From assembly GCA_964016885.1 (NCBI GenBank), contig OZ024751.1, positions 26,784,001 to 26,848,000 on the forward strand: a stretch of 64,000 bases of DNA, read 5' to 3'. The translations under genes and the position numbers were made by a program. Positions 1-14,279 of this stretch are shown piece after piece; the first letter of the stretch is position 1, and each line of letters begins with the position of its first letter. The notes under the pieces are model-generated. The model had not been told where the DNA came from and ran no database searches. It saw nothing but the letters and a program-made list of their open reading frames with translations. Origin of the DNA: Eledone cirrhosa. Lineage: Eukaryota.

Positions 1-372
1 ATATGTATGTATATATGTATGTATATATGTATATGTATGTATATGTGTATCTATGTGTATGTGTATCTATGTGTATGTGTGTGTATGTGTATGTATATGT
101 ATATGTGTATCTATGTGTATGTGTGTATATGTATATGTATGTATATGTGTATCTATGTGTATGTGCATGTGTATATGTATGTGTATATGTATGTATATAT
201 GTATGTGTCTATATATATGTATATGTAAGTCAATAGATGCATGCGTCCATTACATGGTTTAGATTACAAAGGAGTAAACATCTTGTTTACAGTCCGAATA
301 TTTCCACTTAATCCAAACACCTGTCTACACTACACTTCTACACCTGATATATATATATATATATATACATAT

Positions 373-462
<90 letters not shown>

Positions 463-477
463 GTATATGTATAAATG

Positions 478-511
<34 letters not shown>

Positions 512-664
512 TATATACATACATATGTACATATACATACATATCAGACTTCAAATGAGAAATTCTCGACTGATTACATACTCTACCAACAACTCCACAC
601 CCAGACGTCACCAGTACATGGCCGCTTGACGTGCTAGAAATACCAGTCAAATATCCCAACTTAC

Positions 665-731
665 ATTGTTAATATAACTCCTAATATGTGTGCTATATCT
701 TTGATCTTAGGTTTACTCAATGTGAAATGAT
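665..731 (-). CDS. Candidate exon of unidentified minus-strand gene: (D)[21 protein letters not shown]
   Basis: Minus strand ctacag|AT CAT...ACA AT|gtaagt; only one open frame; phase-1 start matches the phase-1 end of the 5371-5449 candidate. Confidence 0.55.
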
Positions 732-867
732 CTGTAGGTTCACATCAACACCAGCCCCTGGGGCACTCTCTATCTTCTTCTTCTTCTTCTTCTTCTTCTT
801 CTTCTTCTTCTTCTTCTTCTTCTTCTTCTTCTTCTTCTTCTTCTTCTTCTTCTTCTTCTTCTTCTTC

Positions 868-1250
868 GAAGCAACCGTCTCCAACTGATCCGGCTGGATC
901 TCCAAGTAAGACCAGCCAAGCTCATGGATGTTATCCAACCATCTTGCTCGGGGTCTACTCCCTTGGTCTCTTGTCGGTTGGTTTTGTCCATAAAATCTAT
1001 CCAGCGATTCTTTCCTGAGATATTATAACCACAGATCGATAGTATCGGAGCTGTGATCTCTCAATTCGGAGTAGTAGCATCTCTACCTGAAGTGACTCTC
1101 TCATCTCCGAGTTAGACACTCTATCGAGTAATGTTGCTCCAAAGATCGTATTCTTTCGGTGATTACCCAAGATTCATGACCATAGTTAAGGATTGGCACG
1201 AAAACCGAATTGAAGACTGTAAGTTTGAATTTTACGCCTACTCCTTTCTT
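868..1250 (-). mobile_element. RTE-clade LINE 3' fragment with (GAA)n run at 775-867
   Basis: Translates to KLTVFNSVFVPILNYGHESWVITERIRS and WLDNIHELGWSYLEIQPDQLETVAS; same family as 18600, 36455, 53540, 54237. Confidence 0.85.
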
Positions 1251-1504
1251 GTATGTGCTTGATCTGCTAACACAAGCAGTCAACTAATGTACTATCATAC
1301 AAATAGGGAGAACACGTTAGAGCATTTACTTGTTACCACCTAGATGAAAGGGTGGTCAAAACTGGATTGTCGCAAACCATATTTACCCTCGTACAGGGTA
1401 GGCCTGGGACTAAATTACAGCAATGTAGCCTCTACATGGCCGCAGGGCCAGGAGAGAAATAGAGAAAGACGGGAGCTGTTGTCACGTTGAAGCAAGGAAT
1501 CATG

Positions 1505-1540
<36 letters not shown>

Positions 1541-1563
1541 CCACACACACACACACACACACG

Positions 1564-1613
<50 letters not shown>

Positions 1614-1661
1614 AATAGATACAGACATAGATACAAAATATGTAACAAAGACAGAAACTGA

Positions 1662-1719
<58 letters not shown>

Positions 1720-1921
1720 GTATATGAGTATAAGTATGTATGTTTGTATATATATGTATGTATGTATAAATATATGCATGTATTTACGTATGTAGGTATG
1801 TATACATGAGTGGATGTGTCTATGTATTTATATATGTATTTATTAATGCACACACATACACACACATACACACACATACACACACACGCACATACACACA
1901 CACATATACACACACGCACAT

Positions 1922-1955
<34 letters not shown>

Positions 1956-1968
1956 GTTTATATATATA

Positions 1969-2032
<64 letters not shown>

Positions 2033-2869
2033 TATATACATATATATGTATGTGTATGTGTGTGTGTGTGTGAGATGTCAAAATGTCTGAAGAAGTTATA
2101 AAAGTTGAGAAATATTATTGGACAGCTGAATAAATATTGGAGGACTGATGTTGTTGTTGTTGTTGTGGTGGTGGTGGTGATGGTGGTGGTGGTAGTTGTG
2201 GTGGTGGTGATGGTGGTGGTGGTATGGTGGTGGTATGGTGGTGCTAGTAGTAATTTTGGTGGTGATGGTGGTGGTGGTATGGTGCTGCTAGTGGTAATTT
2301 TGGTGATGATGGTGGTGATGGTGTTGTCGGTGGTGGTGTTGTTGGTGGTGGTGGTAGTTGTGATGGTGGTGGTGGTGGTATGGTGGTGGTGGTGGTGGTG
2401 GTGGTATGGTGGTGGTAGTGGTAATTTTAGTGGTGATGGTGGTGGTGGTGGTGGTGGTGGTGGTGGTAGTTGTGATGGTGGTGGTGGTGGTGGTATGGTG
2501 GTAGTGGTGGTGGTGGTATGGTGGTGCTCGTGGTAATTTTGGTGGTGATGGTGGTGGTGGTGGTGGTGGTGGTAGTTGTGATGGTGGTGGTGGTGGTGGT
2601 ATGGTGGTGGTGGTGGTGGTGATAGTATGGTGGTGGTAGTGGTGGTGGTGGTGACTGTGGTGATGGTGATGGTGGTGGTGGTGTGGTTGGTTGTTATGGT
2701 GTTGTAGTTTTTCTTTTTGATGGTGGTTGTGGTAGTAGTAGTAGTAGTGGTAATGTATTGTGGCGGTAGTAGTGTTGGTATTGGTGGTTTTGTAGGTGGC
2801 TGTGGTGGTGGTGTTAGTGGTGGAAAATTGTAGAGGAAGGACTGTGTGTATATGTGTGCGTATGTGTGA

Positions 2870-2942
<73 letters not shown>

Positions 2943-3134
2943 CGTGTGTTTGACACAGCGTATAGACAAGTGTGTGAATCGGTAGAACAATGTGTATTTG
3001 TGTATGTGTAATTAGATGAAACAGTGTATGTCTCCTTTTGTTAGTATCCAATATATGTTCTTAAAGTTATATAACGCAGCATATAGCAATATATTATACA
3101 GCACAGTTATATATATATGTATATATATATAGAG

Positions 3135-3317
3135 AGATGAGATTCTACAGGAGTAGAACTGTTTCATTCTTTAGAAATCATCAGAGATTCCTGATGATTT
3201 CTAAAGAATGAAACAGTTCTAGTCCTGTAGAATCTCATCTATATTAAAACTTTTATACTCTGTAATGTATTGAGTACCTTACTTACTGTGGTTACCTCCG
3301 ATTCAACCCGGAATAAC

Positions 3318-3318
<1 letters not shown>
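3135..3318 (+). mobile_element. Fold-back mini-element family A with hammerhead-like core (Penelope-like terminus)
   Basis: 50-bp inverted repeat 3135-3184/3191-3240 (49/50); CTGATGA-N12-GAAAC-AGTTCTA-GTC; (TA)n on both sides. Confidence 0.75.
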
Positions 3319-3386
<68 letters not shown>

Positions 3387-3751
3387 GAGAAGAATGAATA
3401 CTGCGTGGTTGCACATGGGTTACATATGATAAAAATAGTCCTTTATCAGTGATTTTCCAACCTTCATTGGTATTTCATCGCTTTAAAATATACCTCCAGT
3501 TGGTGCGAGCAATAGCTAAATAAAGCTATTGGGACAAGTAAATCGCGTAAAGCGAACGAGACAAATAAACAAACAGAAGGATAGCAACGCAAAGATAGGA
3601 AAAAACAAGCACATGGGAGTCCGATCAGCTTAAGCTGTGTGGGTTTCATGAGCGAGAGACAACAGACCGTGCGACGCGAGTGAGGTGTGAGCAAGATATA
3701 TATATATATATATATATATATGTGAAAAGAGTCAGGACCCCGACGGCTGAG

Positions 3752-4247
3752 CTCCCCCAAAGCTCTTAAAATGTCATCAAAGTGATGCAGGAGCTGCATT
3801 AGGCAGTCCCTTCCATTACGGAACCCATGTTAGTTGGAGTTCAGCAGTGTGTTGCTTTCGAGAAAGTGGGTTATTCGTGATCACACAACCCTCTCAAGTA
3901 CCTTGATGATATGAGAGGTGAGTGAGATCGGACGGTAGTTCACTGCAAGGGACTTATTTCCCTTTTTGAAGACTGGGATAACAGACTGGGAGAGAAAGTG
4001 TTCAGGAATATAGCCAGTGTCCAGTGAGTTCCTCCACAGATTAGCAAGAGGAGATGTAAGTTGGTGTCGACACACCTTCAGGACACAAGCAGGGAACTTG
4101 TCGGGCCCAACTGCTGAATTGTGTTTAATTTCGTTTATTGCCGCTAAGACATCAGGGGTGCCAAACGTTATGTCTGATATAGCGTGTCAGATCAGCCATA
4201 TCAGGATTGCTGAATAGAAAATATTACTCAGTCGATTAAACCTTATT
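3752..4247 (-). mobile_element. CR1/Jockey-group LINE reverse transcriptase fragment (decayed)
   Basis: SLDTGYIPEHFLSQSVIPVFKKGNKSLAVNYRPISLTSHIIKVLERVV*...HGFRNGRDCLMQLLHHFDDI with internal stops. Confidence 0.9.
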
Positions 4248-4248
4248 G

Positions 4249-4330
<82 letters not shown>

Positions 4331-4454
4331 TCTCCCTCTTCCCTTCGTTTGTCTGCATGTATCTTCTATACACACTCACACATAATTATGTCTGTGAGTG
4401 TATATATATATATATATATATATATCTGTCATATATCGACCTATCTATATGTAT

Positions 4455-4495
<41 letters not shown>

Positions 4496-4503
4496 CATAT
4501 ATG

Positions 4504-4589
<86 letters not shown>

Positions 4590-4625
4590 TATACATATAT
4601 ATATATATACTTATACATATATGTG

Positions 4626-4658
<33 letters not shown>

Positions 4659-4857
4659 ACATATATATATATATACATATACATATATGTATGTATATAT
4701 ATATATATATATATACGCCACATGTTATCAACACGCGATAATCTATACACTGTATCAGTGTGAAATTCACTGAAGTGTGTTGTGTTATTTTCCACTTCAG
4801 TCGCCTATTTTTTCCACCTGGCTGATAAACAACAGCAACAACAGCAACAACAACAAT

Positions 4858-4933
<76 letters not shown>

Positions 4934-4940
4934 GTTTGTA

Positions 4941-4973
<33 letters not shown>

Positions 4974-5036
4974 GTGCATGTACGTGTATATGTATGAAAA
5001 TATATATATATATATATGTGTGTGTATGTATTTATG

Positions 5037-5067
<31 letters not shown>

Positions 5068-5370
5068 GTATACGCATGTATGTGCACGTATGTATGTATG
5101 TATGTATGTGTGTGTGTGTATGTCTATATGTATATGTGCGTGTGGAGCCGAGAGTGTGTGTATATGTCATTAGAGAAAGTGAAAAGGAGTGAAGCGGCAG
5201 GGTGTGAGGTATGGTGAGGTGTTGGCTTTATGATTAAGTCATACTCTATCAAGGTTCAGTGACTGAAGATAATGGGGCTGTGTGTTGAGGGTGGAGCAGT
5301 TGATATCTGTGTGGAGTGGGGTAGACATTAGGGCAACAGGGTGGAGAAAAGCTCGGACTCAGGTGAACAC

Positions 5371-5449
5371 CTAACTTTGTTGAAACTTTTCTATGTGACT
5401 GTGTTTCTCTTATATATGTAGCAATAATAGAAATGGCGGTGGCGTTTGT
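5371..5449 (-). CDS. Candidate exon: TNATAISIIATYIRETQSHRKVSTKL(D)
   Basis: Pyrimidine-rich acceptor ctccttctacccatgtgttacaccag|ACA and donor TTAG|gtgttc; phase 0 in, phase 1 out, bridging the exons at 11575 and 731 in frame. Confidence 0.45.
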
Positions 5450-5555
5450 CTGGTGTAACACATGGGTAGAAGGAGGAGAGGATTAAGTGGTGGTAGTGGT
5501 CTTGTGGTTGATGCCGTGGTTCTACACACACACACACACATAAATATATATATAT

Positions 5556-5787
5556 ATAGGAACGAGTAAGACCCCGACGACTGAGCTCAAGCTGTTTCGA
5601 CGGCTAATTCTGGACTAAATGTGTGTAACACACACACACGTCCAGAATTAGCCGTCGAAACGGCTTGAGCTCAGCCGTCGGGGTCCTACTCGTTCCTATT
5701 ACCCACTCTACTACCCTAAGTATTGAGTACTTTGGTTCGTTATGGTCCACCTGGTTCCTTACCACATTTCCTTCGTTATATATATAT
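5556..5787 (+). mobile_element. Fold-back mini-element family B in (TA)n
   Basis: About 60-bp inverted repeat 5556-5615/5640-5699 plus 3' extension; homologous to 53902-54093, about 41700-41880 and 3722-3754. Confidence 0.75.
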
Positions 5788-5791
5788 ACAT

Positions 5792-5892
5792 TCGCTCCTG
5801 ATGATTTCATATGACTGAAACAGTTCTAGTACTGTAGAATTCATTTCTACATAAACTAAGATGCCAGTACTCTACCAACGTATATTGAGTAA
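5792..5892 (+). mobile_element. Family A variant, single arm with hammerhead-like core
   Basis: ctgatga tttcatatgact gaaac agttcta gta ctgtagaa ... tattgagta. Confidence 0.6.
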
Positions 5893-5919
5893 CACACACA
5901 CACGCACACACACACGCAC

Positions 5920-6054
<135 letters not shown>

Positions 6055-6268
6055 AACACGCATGTATATATATATTTCAGTGTGGTCTACCCTTGATAGA
6101 AGAAGACGGTCTGATCGAACCTATATATGAGGTCTGATAGTATACAGTTATATAACTGCTATAGGTGAGACATGTCAATATGATCAACCCTCCGAAACGA
6201 TCGTAAAACATTAAATAGGTAAAATATATCGACTTTTTTTGTTATTATTTTCATTGTTAAATTTACAC

Positions 6269-6324
<56 letters not shown>

Positions 6325-6339
6325 AATATGCATATATAC

Positions 6340-6890
6340 ATGTTGATTGCTACTTCTTGTCAGAAGAGTGCCATCTCTTCATTGTACATTGCACAATCAT
6401 GTGCACTCAAGTGACTTTTCATACCTGCCTTTGTTATGCAGGTACTTTCACAGATGTGACACTTGAACTGTCTGTCTCCTACCGGCTCGGGTGTGTCTTC
6501 ATACATTACCCTGTCTAGTCAATCCACCCACTTACTTGTAAATTAACCCACATTCATTGCAAAAATACCGTGGAATGTGTGGTAGTAGAACTATCTCACA
6601 GTTGGCTCGATTTCTCCCTGGCTTCTGTGATTTCAGATGGTTAACTAAACCAGCTCCTGTTAGAAGAAAGTGGCTACATACATGGCACTTCAATTCCTGG
6701 TGAGTTTTGCAGGCACTGCACTTGAATCCTGCTTACAAAGTGAACGCTTCAAAACAGCCTGTTCCAATCGGTTTTTCTCAGACATCACATCCGTATTTGA
6801 TGGTCTTTCTCCATGATGTACGGCCTTCAGCCAGTCTCTCCCAGTTCTTCATATCAATCTTCAGAGATTTGAGATGTTCAGGATGTGTCG
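6340..6890 (-). mobile_element. RTE-clade LINE ORF2 C-terminus with C2H2 zinc fingers (decayed)
   Basis: [27 protein letters not shown], then LKCHVCSHFLLTGAGLVNHLKS and FKCHICESTCITKAGMKSHLSAH; stops and frameshifts. Confidence 0.8.
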
Positions 6891-6987
6891 TATACAATGC
6901 TGATGAAATCTTTCCTGCTCAGAACGCTCCTGGGTGCTAGTGGTAACAAATATATATATATATATAGAGAGAGAGAGATATACAGAC

Positions 6988-7065
<78 letters not shown>

Positions 7066-7106
7066 TATTCATTAGAAGTTTGTCTCACCATTCTAAGAGA
7101 AATACA

Positions 7107-7168
<62 letters not shown>

Positions 7169-7184
7169 TATATATAAATGTACG

Positions 7185-7310
7185 TAAAAGGTAAACAGAA
7201 ATAACAACACACTCGGTACATTATATGGAAGGAATCTATTAGTTTAACGCTTGATATAGCAGGAAGAGGGTATTAACGTTTCGGACGCAAGTCCTTCATC
7301 AGAGTTAATG
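7185..7310 (-). mobile_element. Penelope-like terminal repeat family D with minimal hammerhead motif
   Basis: Minus strand CTGATGA-A-GGAC-ttgc-GTCC-GAAAC-GTT; homologous copy at 47780-47900; abuts (TA)n. Confidence 0.7.
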
Positions 7311-7770
7311 ATGACAATATTCCAATAAGGGATATAAACTGAAATAACAGCGCTACAATACATAACACGTAGACAAATATATTTAACCTGCTTATATCTA
7401 AGGAAGAACATTAAATAGAATGTCATGAAGTATGCCGTATCTACTAGAAAGAAATATTTTCTGTTTGTATTTGATCCCGGCCAGCTAATACAGTAATCTC
7501 CACATGTGCTACATATATTTTATATATATATTATTTTTTATATATCATTGTCTTTACATATTAAGCTAACTAACCATATGTGCATAACACTGATTTTTTG
7601 TGAATTCTTCCAACAACTTAATTAACAAACGTTATTTTACTTATATAAAGAAAAATAACAACATTCTGAATAAATAAAAAGTTCATAAACCCTCGACACA
7701 GAAGTGAACCTAAACATCGAGTGCTCACCCGGGTGAACCTACAGTAACTCAAAGTTACACTCCTTAGCTA

Positions 7771-7994
7771 TATATATATTTCGTTTCTGAATTTGTTTAG
7801 CAAGATTCTTTATCTGAAAACATGTGTTGAAACCGATATTGTTATACTTTGGGAGTGTGATGTTGCCAATAAGAAACACACGCACCATTTGCTTTCACTC
7901 CAATTCATGATAAATTAAATTATAAATTAAAAAAAAAAAGTGAAAGCAACTGGTGCGAGTGTTTCTTATTGGCAACATGACCCTCCCAAAGTAT

Positions 7995-8000
<6 letters not shown>
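7771..8000. mobile_element. Fold-back element family C between (TA)n tracts
   Basis: Imperfect inverted repeat of about 63 bp (about 7836-7899/7939-8002); degenerate ctgaaaa..gaaac upstream. Confidence 0.55.
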
Positions 8001-8041
<41 letters not shown>

Positions 8042-8605
8042 TTTATCTGTATATACACAACCGCGCGCACACACGCATACACACACGCACACACAAACAG
8101 ACACGCACACATTGTCACACACACACACACACACACATACACACACATATATATTGTCTTGCTGAAAGACAACACAAACCTATGTACACACATACATATC
8201 TATATGTTCTCGTCTGCCATGCAACAAAAATGACCAACCGTCGCAGACTTAACAAATACAATCTTTAAACAGAACAATAGAAAAAACTGTCTAGAAAATT
8301 CCAGCATGTAAGTTTTCAACGCTGTTCTTATCTAAATTCCAGCAATGAAGCAATGTCTCTTTCTTAAGACAAACTTCGTCTTTAAAAGAAGAATCCATAT
8401 AATTAACGAACACAGATAACACATACACACTAAAGCACACACACTAACGCGTATACACCCATCTATATATCTACACACTTATATACAAGTATGTTTATAT
8501 GTACATACATATAAACACATCCATGCATATGCACAAATATGTTTTCAAGCAAGTTTACAGATGTACGTACACACACACACACACACACACATGTGTGTGT
8601 ATATG

Positions 8606-8636
<31 letters not shown>

Positions 8637-8656
8637 TTATATATAAACATATACAT

Positions 8657-8773
<117 letters not shown>

Positions 8774-8895
8774 TACATTAATGTATATGTATAGAAACTC
8801 ATAAGCATATACTTACCTGTAGTGAAACTTATATATCCGCACACACACATATATATATATATACATATACATGTACATAAAAACACACAGGCGTG

Positions 8896-8940
<45 letters not shown>

Positions 8941-9087
8941 TCACAGGTTTACAATCATTTGCGTAAAGCTACACACATACATGCATACACACGTTTACAT
9001 GCATATATAAAATGCACACATATATACATATACACTTGCAAAGATACATACATACACACATCTATGCATGCATTATATGTATTCTCC

Positions 9088-9200
<113 letters not shown>

Positions 9201-9219
9201 CATATATATATATATACAC

Positions 9220-9353
<134 letters not shown>

Positions 9354-9479
9354 GCATAATTATATACCCATATATACACCCAGGCAGTCATATAAAGAAT
9401 TTAAGTCTAATATTCCCGTGGGTATACAACATAATAGATGGGAGGGTGGAGTTAGGGTGTGTGGACGTGGGGGTGATAG

Positions 9480-9950
9480 GAAGAGAGCGAGAGAGAGAGG
9501 GGGGATGAGAGAGATGGGGGGGGGTGAGACTGAGCGGGTGAGAGAGATGGGGAGTGAGAGTGAGGCGATGAGAGAGATGGGGGGGGGTGAGAGTGAGGGT
9601 GTGAGAGAGATGGGGAGTGAGGAGGAGAGAGAGATGGGGGGGTGAGAGTGAGGGGTGAGGGAGATGGGGGTGAGGGGGTGAGAGAAGTGGAGGGGAGAGA
9701 TAGGGGTGAGAGAGATGGGGGGGGGGGGTGAGAGTGAGGGGTGAGAGAGATGGGGGGGTGAGAGTGAGGGGGTGAGGGGTGAGAGAAGTGGAGGGGAGAG
9801 ATAGGGGTGAGAGTGAGGTGTGAGAGAGATGGGGGGTGAGTGAGAGGGTGAGGGGCGAAAGAGGGTGTGGGAGAGAGGTTGAGAGAGAGTGAGGCATGAA
9901 AGAAAGAGAGGTTAAAGAGAGAGGGATGAGAGAGGGATAAGAGGGGGGAT
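9480..9950. repeat. Purine-rich GA/G-run degenerate minisatellite
   Basis: Repeats of gagagagatggggggggtgaga. Confidence 0.85.
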
Positions 9951-9999
9951 GAGAGTTCTTTGTAAGACTGGGTTGTGTAATGCTTGACAGATGGAGTCA

Positions 10000-10045
<46 letters not shown>

Positions 10046-10214
10046 GGTGTGTGCGTGTGTTTGAACGTATGTGTGCAGGTGTGTTTGAAGTAATGTGTGT
10101 GTGTGTGAATGTGTGTGTGTTTGTGAATATGTGCGTGTGTGTACGTGTATACGTTTTCATCTGTGTATGTCGAAGTATGTGTATGTATGTATATGTTTGA
10201 GAAGAAATGAAACT

Positions 10215-11385
10215 GATGGTGGTGGTGTAGGTGGTGGTAGTGGTGGTGGTGGTGTAGGTGGTGGTAGTGGTGGTGGTGGTGTAGTTGGTGGTAGTGGTGG
10301 TGGTGGTGTAGGTGGTTGTAGTGGTGGTGGTGTTGGTGGTTGTAGTGGTGGTGGTGTTGGTGGTTGTAGTGGTGGTGGTAGTGTAGGTGGTGGTTGTAGT
10401 GGTGGTGGTGTAGGTGGTGGTAGTGGTGGTGGTGGTGGTGTAGGTGGTTGTAGTGGTGGTGGTGGTGTAGGTGGTTGTAGTGGTGGTGGTGTTGGTGGTT
10501 GTAGTGGTGGTGGTGTTGGTGGTTGTAGTGGTGGTGGTAGTGTAGGTGGTGGTTGTAGTGGTGGTGGTGTAGGTGGTGGTAGTGGTGGTGGTGGTGTAGG
10601 TGGTTGTAGTGGTGGTGGTGGTGTAGGTGGTGGTAGTGGTGGTGGTGGTGTAGGTGGTAGTAGTGGTGGTGGTGGTGTAGGTGGTGGTAGTGGTGGTGGT
10701 AGTGGTGGTGGTGGTGTAGGTGGTTGTAGTGGTGGTGGTGGTGTAGGTGGTTGTAGTGGTGGTGGTGGTATAGGTGGTGGTAGTGGTGGTGGTGGTATAG
10801 GTGGTTGTAGTGGTGGTGGTGTAGGTGGTGGTAGTGGTGGTGGTGGTGGTGTAGGTGGTTGTAGTGGCGGTGGTGGTGTAGGTGGTTCTAGTGGTGGTGG
10901 TGTAGATGGTTGTAGTGGTGGTGGTGGTGTAGATGGTTGTAGTGGTGGTGGTGGTGTAGGTGGTTGTAGTGGTGGTGGTGGTGTAGATGGTTGTAGTGGT
11001 GGTGGTGGTGTAGGTGGTTGTAGTGGTGGTGATGGTGTAGGTGGTTGTAGTGGTGGTGGTGGTGGTGGTGTAGGTGGTGGTAGTGGTGGTGGTGTTTGGT
11101 GGTGGTTGTAGTGGTGGTGGTGGTGTAGGTGGTTGTAGTGGTGGTGGTGGTGGTGTAGGTGGTTGTAGTGGTGGTGACGGTGTAGGTGGTTGTAGTGGTG
11201 TAGTGGTGGTGGTGTAGGTGGTGGTAATGGTGGTGGTGGTGTAGGTGGTGGTGGTGGTGGTAGGGATGGTGCTGGTGGTGTAGGTGGTTGTAGTGGTGGT
11301 GGTGGTAGTGGTGTAGGTGGCTGTGTAAGTGGTGGTGTAGTAGTATAGGTGATGGTGGTGTAGTAGTATAGGTGATGGTGGTGAT
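10215..11385. repeat. (GGT)n compound trinucleotide repeat
   Basis: Direct reading; similar tracts at 2145-2825, 18260-18565, 20150-20560, 26800-27205, 51845-52540. Confidence 0.95.
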
Positions 11386-11574
11386 GTAGATGCTCCTATA
11401 GCAACCTGATCCGAAAGCCAGATGCTGCCCTGTCAAACCCAGTCGACCAATTTCTGATGAATGTTCTTACTAGAGACAATCTTATGAGATGATCAACGCC
11501 CTAGATTTGTAAAACAAGTTCTTTCTTGTAGCTGCTCGGCCACCAGTTATGTAGCTCGGCAGGTTGTCACTTAC

Positions 11575-11698
11575 TTTGTCATGTAAGTTGTAAGTTGGAC
11601 AATGACTGATCCCTTGTAAGGTGGACACAGCTGTAGTAACTGATGACGGACCTCTTAGATATAAGGTAATAAGAGACGCATTGAACGATGCCTGGTCC
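11575..11698 (-). CDS. Candidate exon: DQASFNASLITLYLRGPSSVTTAVSTLQGISHCPTYNLHDK
   Basis: ttatag|G GAC ... GAC AAA|gtaagtg (consensus donor); 124 nt open frame of ordinary amino-acid composition in unique sequence. Confidence 0.6.
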
Positions 11699-11788
11699 CT
11701 ATAATTTAAGGTGCACATAGCCGTCTTAACTCAGGGCTGACCACGTAAATTGTAGTTATGTTGTTACAGGATTTGGACCACTGACGGT

Positions 11789-12000
11789 GGGGACATCACA
11801 GACAGGGACATCTGTGGCAGGGACATCTGCAGGGACATCTCTGGCAGGGACATCTGTGGAAGGGACATCTGGCAGGGACATCTCAGCAGGGACATCTGTG
11901 ACAGGGACATCTCTGGCAGGGACATCTGGCAGGGACATCTGTGGAAGGGACATATCTGGCAGGGACATCTGGCAGGGACATCTGTGGCAGGGACATCACA
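11789..12000. repeat. 14-16 bp minisatellite (gggacatctgtggca)
   Basis: Direct reading. Confidence 0.95.
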
Positions 12001-12231
12001 ATCCAATAACTGCACAAATCCACGGCGTCTTAATCTGATACTTTATTTATTGAATCGGAAGGAATGAAAGTTGACATTGGAGGGATTTGAATCACTGTGC
12101 GACCGGAATTATCACCACAAGGCATTACATCTCATGACTACCAACTCACCGCCATAGAGGTCAGTTTCCTCTAAATATGATGCTTAAACCCTCAAATGTG
12201 AAAATTATGCGAAATACGTTGCCATGGATAC

Positions 12232-12281
12232 GATATTAGTGACTCGCATGTTAACAAATTCAAAGACACATCAAATAACCA
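12232..12281 (-). CDS. Candidate exon: WLFDVSLNLLTCESLI(S)
   Basis: tag|TGG at the edge of the 39-bp VNTR; ATA TC|gtatccat donor gives a phase-2 junction joining the 11698 exon in frame (..ESLISDQASF..). Confidence 0.4.
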
Positions 12282-13960
12282 CTAGATCCACCGGTCAAAG
12301 TGATAAAAGTGGTCAAATAACCACTAGATCCGCCGGTCAAGGTGATAAAAGTGGCCAAATAACCACTAGATCCGCCGGTCAAGGTGATAAAAGTGGCCAA
12401 ATAACCACTAGATCCGCCGGTCAAGGTGATAAAAGTGGTCAAATAACCACTAGATCCGCCGGTCAAGGTGATAAAAGTGGTCAAATAACTACTAGATCCA
12501 CTGGTCAAGGTGATAAAAGTGGACAAATAACCACTACATCCACCGGTCAAGGTGATAAAAGTGGTCAAATAACCACTACATACACTGGTCAAGGTGATAA
12601 AAGTGGTCAAATAAACACTACATCCACCGGTCAAGGTGATAAAAGTGGTCAAATAACCACTACATACACTGGTCAAGGTGATAAAAGTGGTCAAATAACC
12701 ACTACATACACTGGTCAAGGTGATAAAAGTGGTCAAATAACCACTACATCTACCGGTCAAGGTGATAAAGTGGTCAAATAACCACTACATCTACCGGTCA
12801 AGGTGATAAAGTGGTCAAATAACCACTACATCTACCGGTCAAGGTGATAAAGTGGTCAAATAACCACTACATACACTGGTCAAGGTGATAAAAGTGGTCA
12901 AATAACCACTAGATCCACTGGTCAAGGTGATAAAAGTGGTCAAATAACCACTACATACACTGGTCAAGGTGATAAAAGTGGTCAAATAACCACTACATAC
13001 ACTGGTCAAGATGATAAAAGTGGTCAAATAACCACTAGATCCACTAGTCAAGGTGATAAAAGTGGTCAAATAAACACTACATCCACTGGTCAAGGTGATA
13101 AAAGTGGTCAAATAACCACTACATACACTGGTCAAGGTGATAAAAGTGGTCAAATAACCACTACATCCACTGGTCAAGGTGATAAAAGTGGTCAAATAAC
13201 CACTACATCCACTGGTCAAGGTGATAAAAGTGGTCAAATAACCACTACATACACTGGTCAAGGTGATAAAAGTGGTCAAATAACCACTACATCCACTGGT
13301 CAAGGTGATAAAAGTGGTCAAATAACCACTACATACACTGGTCAAGGTGATAAAAGTGGTCAAATAACCACTACATCCACTGGTCAAGGTGATAAAAGTG
13401 GTCAAATAAACACTAGATCCACTGGTCAAGGTGATAAAAGTGGTCAAATAAACACTACATCCACTGGTCAAGGTGATAAAAGTGGTCAAATAAACACTAG
13501 ATCCACTGGTCAAGGTGATAAAAGTGGTCAAATAAACACTAGATCCACTGGTCAAGGTGATAAAAGTGGTCAAATAAACACTACATCCACTGGTCAAGGT
13601 GATAAAAGTGGTCAAATAAACACTAGATCCACTGGTCAAGGTGATAAAAGTGGTCAAATAAACACTAGATCCACTGGTCAAGGTGATAAAAGTGGTCAAA
13701 TAAACACTACATCCACTGGTCAAGGTGATAAAAGTGGTCAAATAAACACTAGATCCACTGGTCAAGGTGATAAAAGTGGTCAAATAAACACTACATCCAC
13801 TGGTCAAGGTGATAAAAGTGGTCAAATAAACACTACATCCACTGGTCAAGGTGATAAAAGTGGTCAAATAAACACTACATCCAGTGGTGAAGGTGGTCAA
13901 GGGGATCAAATAGCAACTACCTCTACCGGTCAAGGTGGTCAAGGTGGTCAAGGTGGTCAA
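12271..13960. repeat. 39-bp VNTR, about 41-43 copies
   Basis: Unit tcaaataaccactacatccactggtcaaggtgataaaagtgg-like; three units shorter by one base near 12760-12860. Confidence 0.97.
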
Positions 13961-14279
13961 TGTGGTTATGGGTAACTTTTTAAATAACTCTTCACATATC
14001 CTTCCTCCTAAAACAAACTAGTAATAAATGAATACAGCAGTTAAAAAAGGAACTCAATACATGTGTGAAAGTAAGGTCCTAACGAGTACCTTCCACCACC
14101 AACTATCTTACCATCCAACACCAACTTACCCTCCACCTCTGGGTCCCAGAGTACCCTTCACCTCTGGGTCCTGGAGTACCCTCCAGCACCAACTTACCCT
14201 CCACCTCTGGGTCCCAGAGTACCCTTCACCTCTGGGTCCCGGAGTAGCCTCCAGCACCAACTTACCCTCCGCCTCTGGG

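Noticed and set aside
6399-6694. Host C2H2 zinc-finger gene
   Set aside because: Fingers are contiguous with RTE ORF2 C-terminal sequence and contain stops and frameshifts
10095-11111. 338-aa Gly/Cys/Ser-rich ORF resembling a structural (loricrin- or shell-type) protein
   Set aside because: Almost all Gly codons are GGT with no synonymous variation; it starts in (GT)n, lacks a signal peptide and continues as the same microsatellite past the stop
12271-13960. 39-bp array as a CRISPR array or long coding repeat
   Set aside because: No unique spacers, eukaryotic context and no cas genes; shortened units break the frame. An open frame from about 14017 into the array was noted but no compatible donor was found
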